DNA from: Promethearchaeota archaeon
Lineage (GTDB): Archaea; Asgardarchaeota; Hermodarchaeia; Hermodarchaeales; Hermodarchaeaceae
Assembly (NCBI GenBank): GCA_048938385.1
Contig: JBHLMG010000008.1
Location: 1 to 64,000 of the forward strand
DNA length: 64,000 bases
Reading direction: 5' to 3'
Position 1 is the stretch's first letter; every line of letters begins with the position of its first letter. A program made the translations under genes and the position numbers. The notes beneath the pieces are model-generated. The model saw only the letters and a list, made by a program, of their open reading frames with translations, did no database searches and had not been told where the DNA came from. Positions 1 to 10,168 of the stretch are shown in pieces.

Positions 1-236
1 CTATCGTGGGTGCTTGTAGATTAACTCCCTCTTTTCCTGGGTGTTTCCCATTTGAACTCGATCGAGTTGATGGGCTTGACGATTTCGTTGAGGGATTCCG
101 ATCGTTCATTCCTGTCGAATACGATTACATCCGCCTTACTTTTACTGATAATCCTGACTTGGCGATAATACTGGATGAGCGACAATGCAAACTACACCAT
201 CGATTATTCCGTATGCGATTAGAATTGACTCCCTGA
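1..236 (+). CDS. 3' end of a hypothetical protein (probably truncated by the window edge)
   Basis: Frame open from the window start to TGA at 234-236; no recognisable motif. Confidence 0.4.
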   Translation, partial: IVGACRLTPSFPGCFPFELDRVDGLDDFVEGFRSFIPVEYDYIRLTFTDNPDLAIILDERQCKLHHRLFRMRLELTP

Positions 237-345
237 TGAGTTCGTATAACTGGACAGATGCTTATCAACCTCACCTTCGATAAGGCTAAAATACACCCTT
301 CACTTCCAGTTCCGTATAGCACCAATTAGTAGAGGTCAACAGAGT

Positions 346-1671
346 ATGTCACCAAAAGACCCTCTCCCTATTGAAAGCCAACCAAATGCCCTACCTGACG
401 AGATTGACTATGAAAAATATGTAATCGCTACCTACTATGTTGGAGCACCGATTGGACTTCCAATAAAAGATATCGCAGAGATGGCGGCTGTTGAACAAAG
501 CACTGGTACCTGGGTACTAGTACCAGGTGAAACACCAGCTATGCGGAAGAAGTATGTAGCCAAAGTCATCGGAATCTACGAGGGACCTTACCCAGAGTAT
601 AGCGAACCCAAAGATGTGACCCACCGACACTATATCATACAAGTCGCCTTTCCATGGGTTAACTTTGGACAACAGATCCCTATGTTACTATCCACGGTGG
701 TGGGAAACATCAGCATGGGTGGTCGTGTGAAAGTGTTAGATCTCCGCTTTCCGAAAAGCTGGCTGAAAGGATTCCAAGGTCCAAAGTTTGGCACTGAAGG
801 TGTCTTCAAAGTATTAGGCGTGAAGGGTCGTCCACTCCTAAACAACATGATCAAACCTTGCACCGGCTATACGCCTGAAGTGGGCGCTGAACTCCTGTAC
901 GAAGCTGCACAGGGTGGAGCGGATATTATCAAGGATGACGAACTCATTGCTGATCCAGTCTTTAATAGAATCACCGAAAGGCTACCCTTGTATATGGAGG
1001 CCATCGATAAAGCCAACTCTGAGAAAGGGGAAAAGACCCTTTACACCATTAACATTACTGACCGGATTCCTAGGTTGATGGAAAACGCTCAAGCCGCTAT
1101 TGATCATGGCGCGAACGCCCTTATGATTAACTACCTCGCTGTGGGCTACAGCGCTGTTCGACAAGTGACAGACGATCCCAGCATCAATGTTCCCGTACTT
1201 GGACACATGGATATTGCTGGTGCCCTCAGCTACTCACCTATTAGCGGTATCTCCACCTCCCTTGTTATCGGCAAATTCCCACGACTGGCTGGGATTGATA
1301 TCGAAGTCTTTCCGGCACCTTATGGGAAAGCTCCACTGTTAAAGCAGAGATACATTGAGATGGCGCGAGCAATGAACTATCCACTCCATCATATCAAACC
1401 CACCATGCCCATGCCTAGCGGAGGCATCACTCCAGGGCATGTTCCAATGGTGATTGAGGATCTTGGGCCTGACATCATGATTGGAACCGGAGGAGGCATC
1501 CATGCCTTCCCTGCGGAACATGGTGGTCCATCTGCAGGCGCTCGGGCGTTTCGTCAAGCCATTGAAGCAACCATGAAAGGTATTTCACTGAAAGACTATG
1601 CTGAGGACCACTCTGAGCTTAAAGTAGCGTTGGATAAATGGGGAACTGGAAAAACAGGCTTTGAAATGTAA
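346..1671 (+). CDS. RuBisCO-like protein (form IV RLP)
   Basis: EQSTGTW, VGNIS, GPKFG, IKPC, IKDDE carbamylation motif, PSGG and GGGIH; K177 and R295 equivalents are replaced. Confidence 0.9.
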   Translation: MSPKDPLPIESQPNALPDEIDYEKYVIATYYVGAPIGLPIKDIAEMAAVEQSTGTWVLVPGETPAMRKKYVAKVIGIYEGPYPEYSEPKDVTHRHYIIQVAFPWVNFGQQIPMLLSTVVGNISMGGRVKVLDLRFPKSWLKGFQGPKFGTEGVFKVLGVKGRPLLNNMIKPCTGYTPEVGAELLYEAAQGGADIIKDDELIADPVFNRITERLPLYMEAIDKANSEKGEKTLYTINITDRIPRLMENAQAAIDHGANALMINYLAVGYSAVRQVTDDPSINVPVLGHMDIAGALSYSPISGISTSLVIGKFPRLAGIDIEVFPAPYGKAPLLKQRYIEMARAMNYPLHHIKPTMPMPSGGITPGHVPMVIEDLGPDIMIGTGGGIHAFPAEHGGPSAGARAFRQAIEATMKGISLKDYAEDHSELKVALDKWGTGKTGFEM

Positions 1672-1729
1672 CTCTAGATCTGAAAGTCTGATACTTAGCT
1701 TTATGCAAAAAAGTATGGATGGTATCTCC

Positions 1730-2896
1730 TCATGGAGATACCTTTTGTTGTTTACGACGGCGTACAACGAAGATGGCACCTAAGGAAAGAAGAAGCCCAA
1801 GGGCAATTGCTTCGATGGGAAATCCAGGAATATTCGGCCAAGTAATTGGTGGAATGGCTACAACGACATCCTCCACATTACTCCAGGGACCTGCAAGCGA
1901 ATTATTATCAATTGCTCGAACTCGGAAGTAATAGGTTCCATTGACTAAGAAGACAAAGGAGCCGTTCGTTGTCGTTGTGGTATCCGTTTGACCAATAATG
2001 CTAAACCCAGCATCCGTACTGGCCTGATATTCGTAATGGTCGATGATTCCATCAGTATCCGTCGCAGCACTCCATGAAAGGGGAACGATGAAGGATTGAA
2101 TCGTCGTACCAGGGTCGTTAAGGGTAGGGGCTGAAGGAGGCTGGTATAACCGAATGGCGTTACCAAGGATTTTGTCTGTTTCGGAGTGTCTATCGTAGCA
2201 ATCGAACCCCATCAGAACTAGGTGTCCAACGCCAATTGGTTTATGGATGAGGATTGGTTGACCGATAATGTCTACTGAAGCTATACTTGTCGTTTCTGAT
2301 GTGTCGAAACCAACTGTACCATCAGGACCAATGAAGGGTACAACGCCATCTACTAGAGGGTTAGTAGGCTCGTCGATGACAATACTGTCACCTCTTCGGT
2401 CTGTTAAAGCGCTAAAGGTAAGAAGGCCCGTTTCGTTTAAGATACGGGCTGTTAGGCCATAATCGCCCTGTGCAAGGGAATAGAAGGTCATGGTGAGGAT
2501 GATTCCACCATCGGCTAGGAAAGTATTGAGTGGGGTCTGCCAGGCTGCAGCAACATCTGTGACATTCTCGGAGTAAATCAGTTCTTGTTCGATGATGAGG
2601 AAAATGTCATGGTTCGGGAGTTCAGTGGCAAGATCCAGATAGGATGTGAGGTTCGTTCGCATATAGTTAGTTCCATGTGTTGCGTTAATCGCTGCCCAGA
2701 CATTCGCTGCTTCGCCAATGGGCGTGTTATCAGCAAACTCAGTATAGTAAAGGATTCGGGGTGTAAGGGTGGGGACTGGTGGTATCGCTGAAGTTATAGG
2801 TGGTGTCGATGGTACCATCAAAAAGTTACTTGCAAAAAGTGGGAAGATGAAAGTAAGTAGAGCCAGAATGAATATACGATTTCGAGTAGCACTCAT
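1730..2896 (-). CDS. Secreted surface protein with fibronectin type III domain and PGF/Loki-CTERM-like anchor
   Basis: N-terminal signal; FN3 motifs LSWSAA and YYFRVRAIDN...WS; C-terminal IPGF + TM + RRRK. Confidence 0.8.
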   Translation of the reverse strand: MSATRNRIFILALLTFIFPLFASNFLMVPSTPPITSAIPPVPTLTPRILYYTEFADNTPIGEAANVWAAINATHGTNYMRTNLTSYLDLATELPNHDIFLIIEQELIYSENVTDVAAAWQTPLNTFLADGGIILTMTFYSLAQGDYGLTARILNETGLLTFSALTDRRGDSIVIDEPTNPLVDGVVPFIGPDGTVGFDTSETTSIASVDIIGQPILIHKPIGVGHLVLMGFDCYDRHSETDKILGNAIRLYQPPSAPTLNDPGTTIQSFIVPLSWSAATDTDGIIDHYEYQASTDAGFSIIGQTDTTTTTNGSFVFLVNGTYYFRVRAIDNNSLAGPWSNVEDVVVAIPPITWPNIPGFPIEAIALGLLLSLGAIFVVRRRKQQKVSP

Positions 2897-3003
2897 ATGT
2901 ATAACCTCGATATTCTCAGAATTACTCGCTGGCGAGTAATCATTGAATGATTCGTAAGCGAAAACTTAAGTCTATCTACGATTTCTGCCTAGTTTAGTTT
3001 TAT

Positions 3004-3708
3004 ATGGGATGCGGCAGTAGGGCTGTTAATATGGTCTCACTTGATGGGCAAATAAGCCGGGTTTTGCGTTCAAGAGAACAAGCGAGACAGACCTACGACC
3101 GATATAGTCGCTTGTATGATTTAATTGGTGGTCAATTCGAGAGAAAGTATGCCCTATTGGGTGTGCAGCAACTCCGACTCCAATCAGGTGAACGGGTACT
3201 TGAAATCGGATATGGAACCGGGCACATGCTCGTAGCGATGGCAGAGGATGTGGGGGAAACTGGTCATGTATACGGCATCGATATTTCATCTGGCATGTAT
3301 CGTATCGCCAATCAACGGTTACACAAAGCCGGTGTGGTATCGCAAGTTACAATCGTTGTTGGTGATGCACTAGAACTCCCTTTTCAATCGAATTTCTTCG
3401 ATGCTGTATTCATGAGTTTTACTCTGGAGCTATTTGATACACCAGAAATTCCCTTTTTACTTCAACAGTGTAAACGCGTGCTAAAACCCACTGGTCGATT
3501 GGGGGTTGTTGCTCTAGCAAAGAAACATCCGGCAGGGCTGGTTCAACGAGTCTATGAAAGTTTGCACGACTTCTTTCCACACTGGGTTGATTGCCGCCCG
3601 ATATACCCTAGTAAAATCCTCCAAAAAAACGGCTTCATGATCATCAATAACTATCAATTACCTATGTTTGGGCTTCAAGTAGAACTCGTACTAGCGAGAA
3701 ACCGTTGA
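3004..3708 (+). CDS. Class I SAM-dependent methyltransferase (UbiE/MenG-like)
   Basis: VLEIGYGTG, GIDIS, GDALELPF, FDAVF, VLKPTG. Confidence 0.9.
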   Translation: MGCGSRAVNMVSLDGQISRVLRSREQARQTYDRYSRLYDLIGGQFERKYALLGVQQLRLQSGERVLEIGYGTGHMLVAMAEDVGETGHVYGIDISSGMYRIANQRLHKAGVVSQVTIVVGDALELPFQSNFFDAVFMSFTLELFDTPEIPFLLQQCKRVLKPTGRLGVVALAKKHPAGLVQRVYESLHDFFPHWVDCRPIYPSKILQKNGFMIINNYQLPMFGLQVELVLARNR

Positions 3709-3958
3709 AAGATTCATCGAAGAAGAGTCCAGATTGGAATGTAACTCACAACACGGGTTGTCTGAGATACAGACCTAATTGCAAATCTTGGATGTTGCCA
3801 AGGCATTCGCCGATATGATAGCAACTGGGTAGCTTGGTCAAATTATTTTCAAACGATTGAAAAAAGTCAGTACCCAAGGTCTTGTCTAAACCGAAGGGAA
3901 CTAATACGACGCATGTCATATTTTATGGGTTTTCAAGTTAAAGCAAATATTTTGTGGG

Positions 3959-4639
3959 GTGGTTTCGATGCTCACCTTTACATATTACGGACTAGCATGC
4001 ATAGAACTGGAATTCAGGGTGCGTCTACTTCTTAATCCAGGTACAAGCCCACATGAAGAGCTGGAACTCCTTGTTACGGCAGATCCTGATTATGTTCTAG
4101 TGAGTAACTCTGCAGATGAGTACATGGGGTATATCCCTCAACTTCAAGCTAACCCAAACAGAGTGATTTTTGCCAATGTTCAAGTAATCAACTATCTCCG
4201 AGAGCGAGGTTTTGAAACCAAACAGCTTCGGGTAATTTCGCATAAAGAAACCTTTGATACCAATCAGGGTGTCTTGATTACGGCCTACGAGCAGAGCTAT
4301 GAGGCGGATCAACTCTTAACCAATACGATGTATCATGTAACAAGCAATCAGACCAGTGTGTTACATCTAGGGCGGGCACGAGATCTCCATGGCTTACCTG
4401 ATTGTCGTCCTCATCTACTGTGCATCCCCATCGCTGGTCCCAGGTTCGGAGCATTTTCACCTCAAGCTGCTGCAGAAGCGGCTGTACGCCTTGAACCCAG
4501 CTATGTGTTACCGTTACTGGGTGATATTGCTCAGTCAACCCAATTTGACATTGCAGTTGCAGCCCAAAAAAAGAAAATCACACGGTTGTTCCCCGCCGAA
4601 GGCGAAGCCTATACTGTACCCATTTATGACATGAAGTAA
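3959..4639 (+). CDS. Metallo-beta-lactamase-fold protein, degenerate active site
   Basis: TYYGLACIEL..LLLNP, DYVLVS, LHLG, IPIAG..F.SPQAAAEAA as in UPF0173-type MBL proteins; HxHxDH absent. Confidence 0.65.
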   Translation: MVSMLTFTYYGLACIELEFRVRLLLNPGTSPHEELELLVTADPDYVLVSNSADEYMGYIPQLQANPNRVIFANVQVINYLRERGFETKQLRVISHKETFDTNQGVLITAYEQSYEADQLLTNTMYHVTSNQTSVLHLGRARDLHGLPDCRPHLLCIPIAGPRFGAFSPQAAAEAAVRLEPSYVLPLLGDIAQSTQFDIAVAAQKKKITRLFPAEGEAYTVPIYDMK

Positions 4640-4652
4640 AACGAAGCAGGAC

Positions 4653-5006
4653 CTAAGAAATCAAGGATTCGATACCACGCAACCGAAGATAACTCGCCTG
4701 AAACCGCATTTCCGCAGCTAATTGGGTATCACCAGCCTTTTCATAGATCTTGGCAAGTTTTTCCAGAGCTTGTGCGGCTTCTGAGAAGTCTTCGATGCCC
4801 AAACTGTGTTGAACTTGCATTTCAAAGCAAGCTAGGGCTTGAGTCTCGTATTTACGAGGACTGCGGTTCGCCTTTAAAGCAATTCGAGCAGCTCGTTGGT
4901 ACATCATACCGGCTGTGTAGTATTCGTGGAGGTTCTCGTGTTTCCGTGCCTCCCTAAGGTATCCACGGATTTTTGCTGCGTACAGTTCAGTACTCATGCT
5001 CTCCAC
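4653..5006 (-). CDS. Small all-helical TPR/SNAP-like protein
   Basis: Helical-repeat pattern (AGMMYQRAA, AAQALEKLAKIYEKAGD). Confidence 0.6.
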   Translation of the reverse strand: MESMSTELYAAKIRGYLREARKHENLHEYYTAGMMYQRAARIALKANRSPRKYETQALACFEMQVQHSLGIEDFSEAAQALEKLAKIYEKAGDTQLAAEMRFQASYLRLRGIESLIS

Positions 5007-5072
5007 AGCCTAGTTAAATGGATTAACTTCCGTTCTCAGCCCTAAATACATACAGTATTGAACAGTGCATAA

Positions 5073-5095
5073 GTGTTTCTTTTGCAGGTTTTACT
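5073..5095. repeat. 23-bp exact direct repeat, copy 1 (GTGTTTCTTTTGCAGGTTTTACT)
   Basis: Identical to 8530-8552, with patchy similarity continuing downstream. Confidence 0.85.
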
Positions 5096-5464
5096 GAACA
5101 TAGATGAAACCATGAGTTTCCAATTTAGAATATATCCGCAAGTTCTTATACAGGGTTTTGAGGAATAACTGATTTCAAGCGAACATATTAGATTCGGGTT
5201 CAACTCATTCTATGGTTATTATCAAGGGAGTTTGATCGTATCTTAGGGGAGATACTCTAGCATTTAACTAACAAGTTGTTGAGATATCTGTCCGCCTGTA
5301 TATTGTCGTGGCACTGACCCGATAGATGATAAAACTGAAAGACTTAACTCTGTGTCAATACTGAACATCTTTTTAACCACTTTTGACATTAAGGTTCAAG
5401 GCCTCCTTTGACAGAAAGATTAGAACACATTGTTTCTTTATACAGATGAGGGAATAGATTATCC

Positions 5465-6349
5465 ATGAGCTTTTTGTTCTCTGAAGAATGGAAAGAGCCC
5501 AAGATCCAACGCATTCTTGTTCCGGTTCAAGGATTTCCCGCTGAAGTGAATGCCATTAATCTTGCCTTCTACTTGGCAGAATATTCAGAGGCAAAAATTT
5601 CCGTCTTACATTGTAAAGAACGCTTTAGTCAAACAAGTGAATACTGGCTCAATCGCTTATCAGGGCACGTAAAATCTCTTTCTGTTCTTCTACAAGTTCC
5701 ATTTAATTTTGAGGAAATAACGCGTTTCAGAGCCTCAGATGCGATTCTGAGATCAAGTCATAAACAAGAATGCGATTTGATTATCATGTCAGCTGCACAG
5801 AGACCTGATTACAAGTACATATTCGGATCCACGGCTCGTCGGGTAGCAAGGAAAACCAAGGTACCATTGCTAGTAATTGCATCATGGTTGGAGGATTTCG
5901 CTGAACACCAAGAACCAGTACTTCGAAAAATCCTAATTCCAATTCGAAGTAAACATCAAGACTTTTCAGCCCTTCATTTAGCTGCAACCCTAAAGAGAAG
6001 TTCTGCAGCAAAAACCGCTCAGCTAATTGCCCTGAATATTACGCTCTTACCTCTAGTAACAAGTCTAACAGCGACTGATGCACCTGAAATCCAGCTTGAA
6101 CGCGAACGGTTCATAGAGGATGTGACTATTTTTTCTAACCAAACTGGAATCAAAATTATACCTAGACATGTAGCAGCTAGGAAACTTAGTAATGCAGCCA
6201 TTGAGATTGCTAACGAGGAACAAGTTGACCTAATTATTTTAGGCACCCAGCAGAAACCACGCAGATTTGGTGGCTTTTTAGGCCGGCTCTCTCGCAAAAT
6301 CGCGACTGAATCTAATGCGGCGGTTGTCTTGATTTTTGGAACAGAATAG
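5465..6349 (+). CDS. Tandem universal stress protein (two USP domains)
   Basis: RILVPV...DLIIM...FGS.ARRV and KILIPI...DLIILG...FLGR. Confidence 0.88.
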   Translation: MSFLFSEEWKEPKIQRILVPVQGFPAEVNAINLAFYLAEYSEAKISVLHCKERFSQTSEYWLNRLSGHVKSLSVLLQVPFNFEEITRFRASDAILRSSHKQECDLIIMSAAQRPDYKYIFGSTARRVARKTKVPLLVIASWLEDFAEHQEPVLRKILIPIRSKHQDFSALHLAATLKRSSAAKTAQLIALNITLLPLVTSLTATDAPEIQLERERFIEDVTIFSNQTGIKIIPRHVAARKLSNAAIEIANEEQVDLIILGTQQKPRRFGGFLGRLSRKIATESNAAVVLIFGTE

Positions 6350-6379
6350 TCAAGAAAAACAAATCCGAGCTGAGTAAAC

Positions 6380-7816
6380 ATGACTACTAAACCCCAAAAG
6401 CTCCAAGAAGAAAAAGAACCAGTGAGCTTGGTTAAGACACTTGGGTTTTGGGGGAGTTTTGGTATGGGGTTTGCTGATATTGGAGCAGATATTTTCTTAG
6501 CTCTCGGTGTTGTTGTTATGTGGGCTATGGGTGCCACACCACTGGCATTTCTCATAGCATCTATATTATATGCGTGTACAGGTCTCAGCTATACTGAGCT
6601 TGCATCCACTTACCCTATCGCTGGTGGAGGGTCTGTATATGCGCGGAAAGCGTTTGGGGACATCGCAGGCTTCGTTGCAGGATGGGGATTACTTCTTGAT
6701 TATACGATCTGCATCCCTTTGTTTGCTTTAATAGCGATTGGCTATCTAGGATTCTTTTTTCGACCAATTATATTCGCACATATCTTAATCGGACCTTTTC
6801 TCATCAGCGTGATGGGTATCATAGCAGCCATTCTTGTGGTTTTTCTAATCTTCTTAAATTATTTAGGAATTCGAGAAAGTGCAAACTTAAATATCATTTT
6901 TGTAATCCTCTGCCTTGTCGGACTCGTTATTTTTTTGGTAATTGGATTTTTCACCGTATGGAATTGGGCATTTCTACTTGAGCAAATTCAATGGGGTGTA
7001 GCCCCCACAATTAACAGTTTTCTTTACTCTGTCAGTGTTGCCACTGTAAGTTTCATTGGACTAGAATCTATCTCAGAAGCTGCCGAGGAGACTAAAAATC
7101 CTGGAAAAACTATTACCCGATCAACGCTTGCCCTTATTGTTTGTATAATTTTCTTCACTTTGACTGTGTCCCTTCTTGCATTGGGGGTTGTCCCATGGCC
7201 GCTCATCGCTGAGGGAACGGCTAATCCGCTGGCAGTTGTTGCAAGCTACTTACCTTGGGCATTTATTCTTGCACCTTTCATTGCGATTATTGGTGTAACT
7301 ATTAGTTATGTTAGTGCAAATTCTGGAATAGTTGGTGTAAGTCGAGTATCGTATGAGATGAGCCGATCTAAGCTCATTCCTCAATGGTTTAATAAATTAC
7401 ATTCAAAATATCGTACACCTTACCGCAGTATAATTCTCTTCTCTACAATTGGTGTGGGGCTAGCATTTCTCGGCGATCTAAATTTACTGGTTGACTTGTA
7501 TGCCTTTGGCGCCCTGATAAGTTACATCATGGTAAATCTCGCATTGATACAACTCCGAAATACTCAACCTGATCTACAACGACCTTGGCGTGTGCCAGGT
7601 ACAATCAATGTACCGTGGCGCGACGGTAGAAAAATTAAAGTTCCCTTACCCGCGGCGATTGGCGTTGTTTCATGTTTTGCTGTGTGGTTGATTGTTGTCT
7701 TGTTTAAAGAATTTGGACGCTTGGCAGGATTCATCTGGTTTCTAGTAGGCTTCTTACTCTATTTCATTTATCGGAAATCTCGTGGTTTATCACTCCGGAC
7801 CCTAAAACCCACATAA
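6380..7816 (+). CDS. APC family amino acid permease
   Basis: About 12 TM helices; YTELAST.PIAGG, FIGLESISEAAEE, RPWRVP. Confidence 0.92.
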   Translation: MTTKPQKLQEEKEPVSLVKTLGFWGSFGMGFADIGADIFLALGVVVMWAMGATPLAFLIASILYACTGLSYTELASTYPIAGGGSVYARKAFGDIAGFVAGWGLLLDYTICIPLFALIAIGYLGFFFRPIIFAHILIGPFLISVMGIIAAILVVFLIFLNYLGIRESANLNIIFVILCLVGLVIFLVIGFFTVWNWAFLLEQIQWGVAPTINSFLYSVSVATVSFIGLESISEAAEETKNPGKTITRSTLALIVCIIFFTLTVSLLALGVVPWPLIAEGTANPLAVVASYLPWAFILAPFIAIIGVTISYVSANSGIVGVSRVSYEMSRSKLIPQWFNKLHSKYRTPYRSIILFSTIGVGLAFLGDLNLLVDLYAFGALISYIMVNLALIQLRNTQPDLQRPWRVPGTINVPWRDGRKIKVPLPAAIGVVSCFAVWLIVVLFKEFGRLAGFIWFLVGFLLYFIYRKSRGLSLRTLKPT

Positions 7817-7982
7817 GGGTTGCTTGTCTTCATAGAGGTGGTATTAGTTCAACTATTTATCTGCCAACAAGCCATATCGGGAGTTCACGAACGCACTCGT
7901 TTAGGTTGTGATGCTTATGTTCAGCATAATCGTCATTTGTGTTTTTTGATGTATTCCGTTTTTATCCTTCTAAGATAGCTTG

Positions 7983-8456
7983 TCAAGTCTTAAGTTGAGT
8001 TGCGATTTTCATTCCGAAATCTTTGCATTTAGGAAACTCTCCATCTGTGACTGGACCTTTCATTCCGTCAACCCTTATTGACAGCCCAGAAGTTATTAGC
8101 TTCAATCTGGGAACCTTTTCGCTTATCCTCTTCTCCATCTTCTTCACAGATTTTTCGAAGTCTTCTCCCAGATAGGTGTCGAAAAAAGCAACCCATTTCG
8201 CTTTCAAATCAAGTCTGCCAAGGTTATCAATGAACTTATTAATACCCCTAACAGGTCCCCCAAAATGCGTTGGTGACCCTATCAATATTGCATCATGCTT
8301 GGCTGCTTTTTTAGGATCGATATCCTTGACATCACTGATAGCAGTTTCTATTCCTTCGACTTCACCTATTCCCTCCAGAATCTTTTCCGCTACAAGCTTT
8401 GTGTTGCCATACTTTGTGTCATAAACGACAATAACACTTACCATTTCGTTCACCAT
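7983..8456 (-). CDS. Flavodoxin domain protein
   Basis: VYDTKYGNTKLVA, IGSPT, FFDT. Confidence 0.9.
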   Translation of the reverse strand: MVNEMVSVIVVYDTKYGNTKLVAEKILEGIGEVEGIETAISDVKDIDPKKAAKHDAILIGSPTHFGGPVRGINKFIDNLGRLDLKAKWVAFFDTYLGEDFEKSVKKMEKRISEKVPRLKLITSGLSIRVDGMKGPVTDGEFPKCKDFGMKIATQLKT

Positions 8457-8529
8457 TCATTATACCTAATCTCTTAATTTTTATGATTTGTTGTTTGTTT
8501 TTTGCTTATACTCGGCAGTGTCTTGATTT

Positions 8530-8552
8530 GTGTTTCTTTTGCAGGTTTTACT
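8530..8552. repeat. 23-bp exact direct repeat, copy 2
   Basis: Identical to 5073-5095. Confidence 0.85.
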
Positions 8553-8833
8553 AAAAATGAGTGACGCCTTGAGTTTTCTAATTAAGATGCAAGATTAATG
8601 TCAGTAGTAACATTCTCTGAAAGTTTGGGTTTTTTATGAAGCAAAATTAGATTCCGATAAGCAGGGTACCTGAATTATTGATTATCACTGTTAGGAGTTT
8701 TTTGTGAAAGGTTGGACCTATTGCTGTTCAAATAGGTATCGATGTGAAACGCCCCAATACCTTTCAAATGTTTGATACCTATTCAACAAAATTCAGTAAC
8801 TGTGTGCATGGAAAGAGCCTGTAACTCCGTAAT

Positions 8834-9409
8834 TTAGAATTCCCTTCCGAGTTGATAGACTCTCTCAAGATACTGCTTTCGGGTTGCATCATCGACAGAC
8901 GACACCTGATAGAGAAGAACAGTTTCTGCGGATTTGATTCCTGTTTCAGTAAGTGTAGAATGGAGAATCTTGTTCATAGCCGCACCAAGTCCCGTTGTCT
9001 CATAGAATTCCTTGGGGTTTCCAGTAGTAAAGATATAGAGACCTTTCTTGTGCTTCAGATGTCCATACATTCCATCTTTGTCAGCTGTCCAGGCAAATCC
9101 CCACGACATAATTCGTTGTAGCCACCCTTCCATGATCGCAGGAATAAACCATCCAAGAACGGGTCCAATGAGGACTAATGCATCAGCGTTCGCTAATTTC
9201 TCTTGTTCAGCTTGAACATCAGTTGGCATAGATTTTCCTTGGAATTGAAGAAAGTCCGCACTTTGAAAACTAGGATTGAAATTCTGAGCATAAAGATTTG
9301 AAACCTCGAAAGAATGGCCTCCGTCTTTCAACCCTTTGGTAAATGATTCTAACACAGCATTGTTAAACGATTTCGGGTTCGGGTGCCCGAACACAACTAA
9401 CACTTTCAT
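8834..9409 (-). CDS. NAD(P)H-dependent quinone oxidoreductase (flavodoxin-2 family)
   Basis: GHPNPKSFN, LYAQNFNP, EQEKL..AD, PAIMEGWLQR. Confidence 0.9.
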   Translation of the reverse strand: MKVLVVFGHPNPKSFNNAVLESFTKGLKDGGHSFEVSNLYAQNFNPSFQSADFLQFQGKSMPTDVQAEQEKLANADALVLIGPVLGWFIPAIMEGWLQRIMSWGFAWTADKDGMYGHLKHKKGLYIFTTGNPKEFYETTGLGAAMNKILHSTLTETGIKSAETVLLYQVSSVDDATRKQYLERVYQLGREF

Positions 9410-9505
9410 GCTAAATTACCACAACTGCTTTTTTGAGAGTCCGTCCTTTAAACATTAGAAAACTAAAAAATGCTTCGCTGGCACCTCTTTTAGAAATTGT
9501 GACTT

Positions 9506-10000
9506 TTGGTGATGTGTATGCAGGTTGAGCCTCAAATACTCCAAATTATTTCAATAATTGTTGCGACAGGTAGTGTCATTGTTGCCTTCGTCATTGGGAT
9601 TCGTTCGATTCGGAATTACACAGTCTCTCGTAAAGCATCTTTGTTTATTAGCTACCAAGCTCAGGCTTACAACAAGCAGTTAATGATGGATCAGATGGAG
9701 ATTTTTAATAAGTGGTCTTGGAAGGATTATGATGATTTCTGGCAAAAATATGGACCGCAAACCAATCCAGAAGCTTATGCGAAGTTCATATCCGTAGCTG
9801 GATTTTTTGAGGGCTTAGCTCGTTTGTTGAAAAAGGGAATTATTGACGATGATCTAATCCCAGAAATGGTAGCCATAAGCATTGTTATGTTTCATGAAAA
9901 AACCCGCTCAATTCAAGAAGAAGTGTTTGGACGCTTAATACGACCGGAATCTGCTGGTCTTTTCGATTACCTATATAATTTAATCAAAGCTCAAAAGTAG
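9506..10000 (+). CDS. Membrane-anchored hypothetical protein (DUF4760-like)
   Basis: N-terminal TM; FFEGLA.L.KKGIID and FDYLY motifs. Confidence 0.7.
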   Translation: MVMCMQVEPQILQIISIIVATGSVIVAFVIGIRSIRNYTVSRKASLFISYQAQAYNKQLMMDQMEIFNKWSWKDYDDFWQKYGPQTNPEAYAKFISVAGFFEGLARLLKKGIIDDDLIPEMVAISIVMFHEKTRSIQEEVFGRLIRPESAGLFDYLYNLIKAQK

Positions 10001-10168
10001 CCATGAATCCTAAATGTATTGATTTAGGTTGAAATAGAACTTGTGCATATACACTCCTCAGTAACGCCTTGAATATGTCGAGATTAGCGTCAGAGAAACA
10101 TCGCAAATAGATCGCTGAAAAACTTACAACTGTAAAGTAGTTATATTTTCAGCAAGTAATGTTATTTT

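Noticed and set aside
346-1671. Bona fide CO2-fixing RuBisCO
   Set aside because: K177, R295 and H327 equivalents are substituted, as in form IV proteins
5073-5095. Repeat resembles a spliceosomal 3' splice site (TTTCTTTTGCAG/GT)
   Set aside because: Intergenic in a prokaryotic genome, with no split ORF or donor site; treated as coincidence
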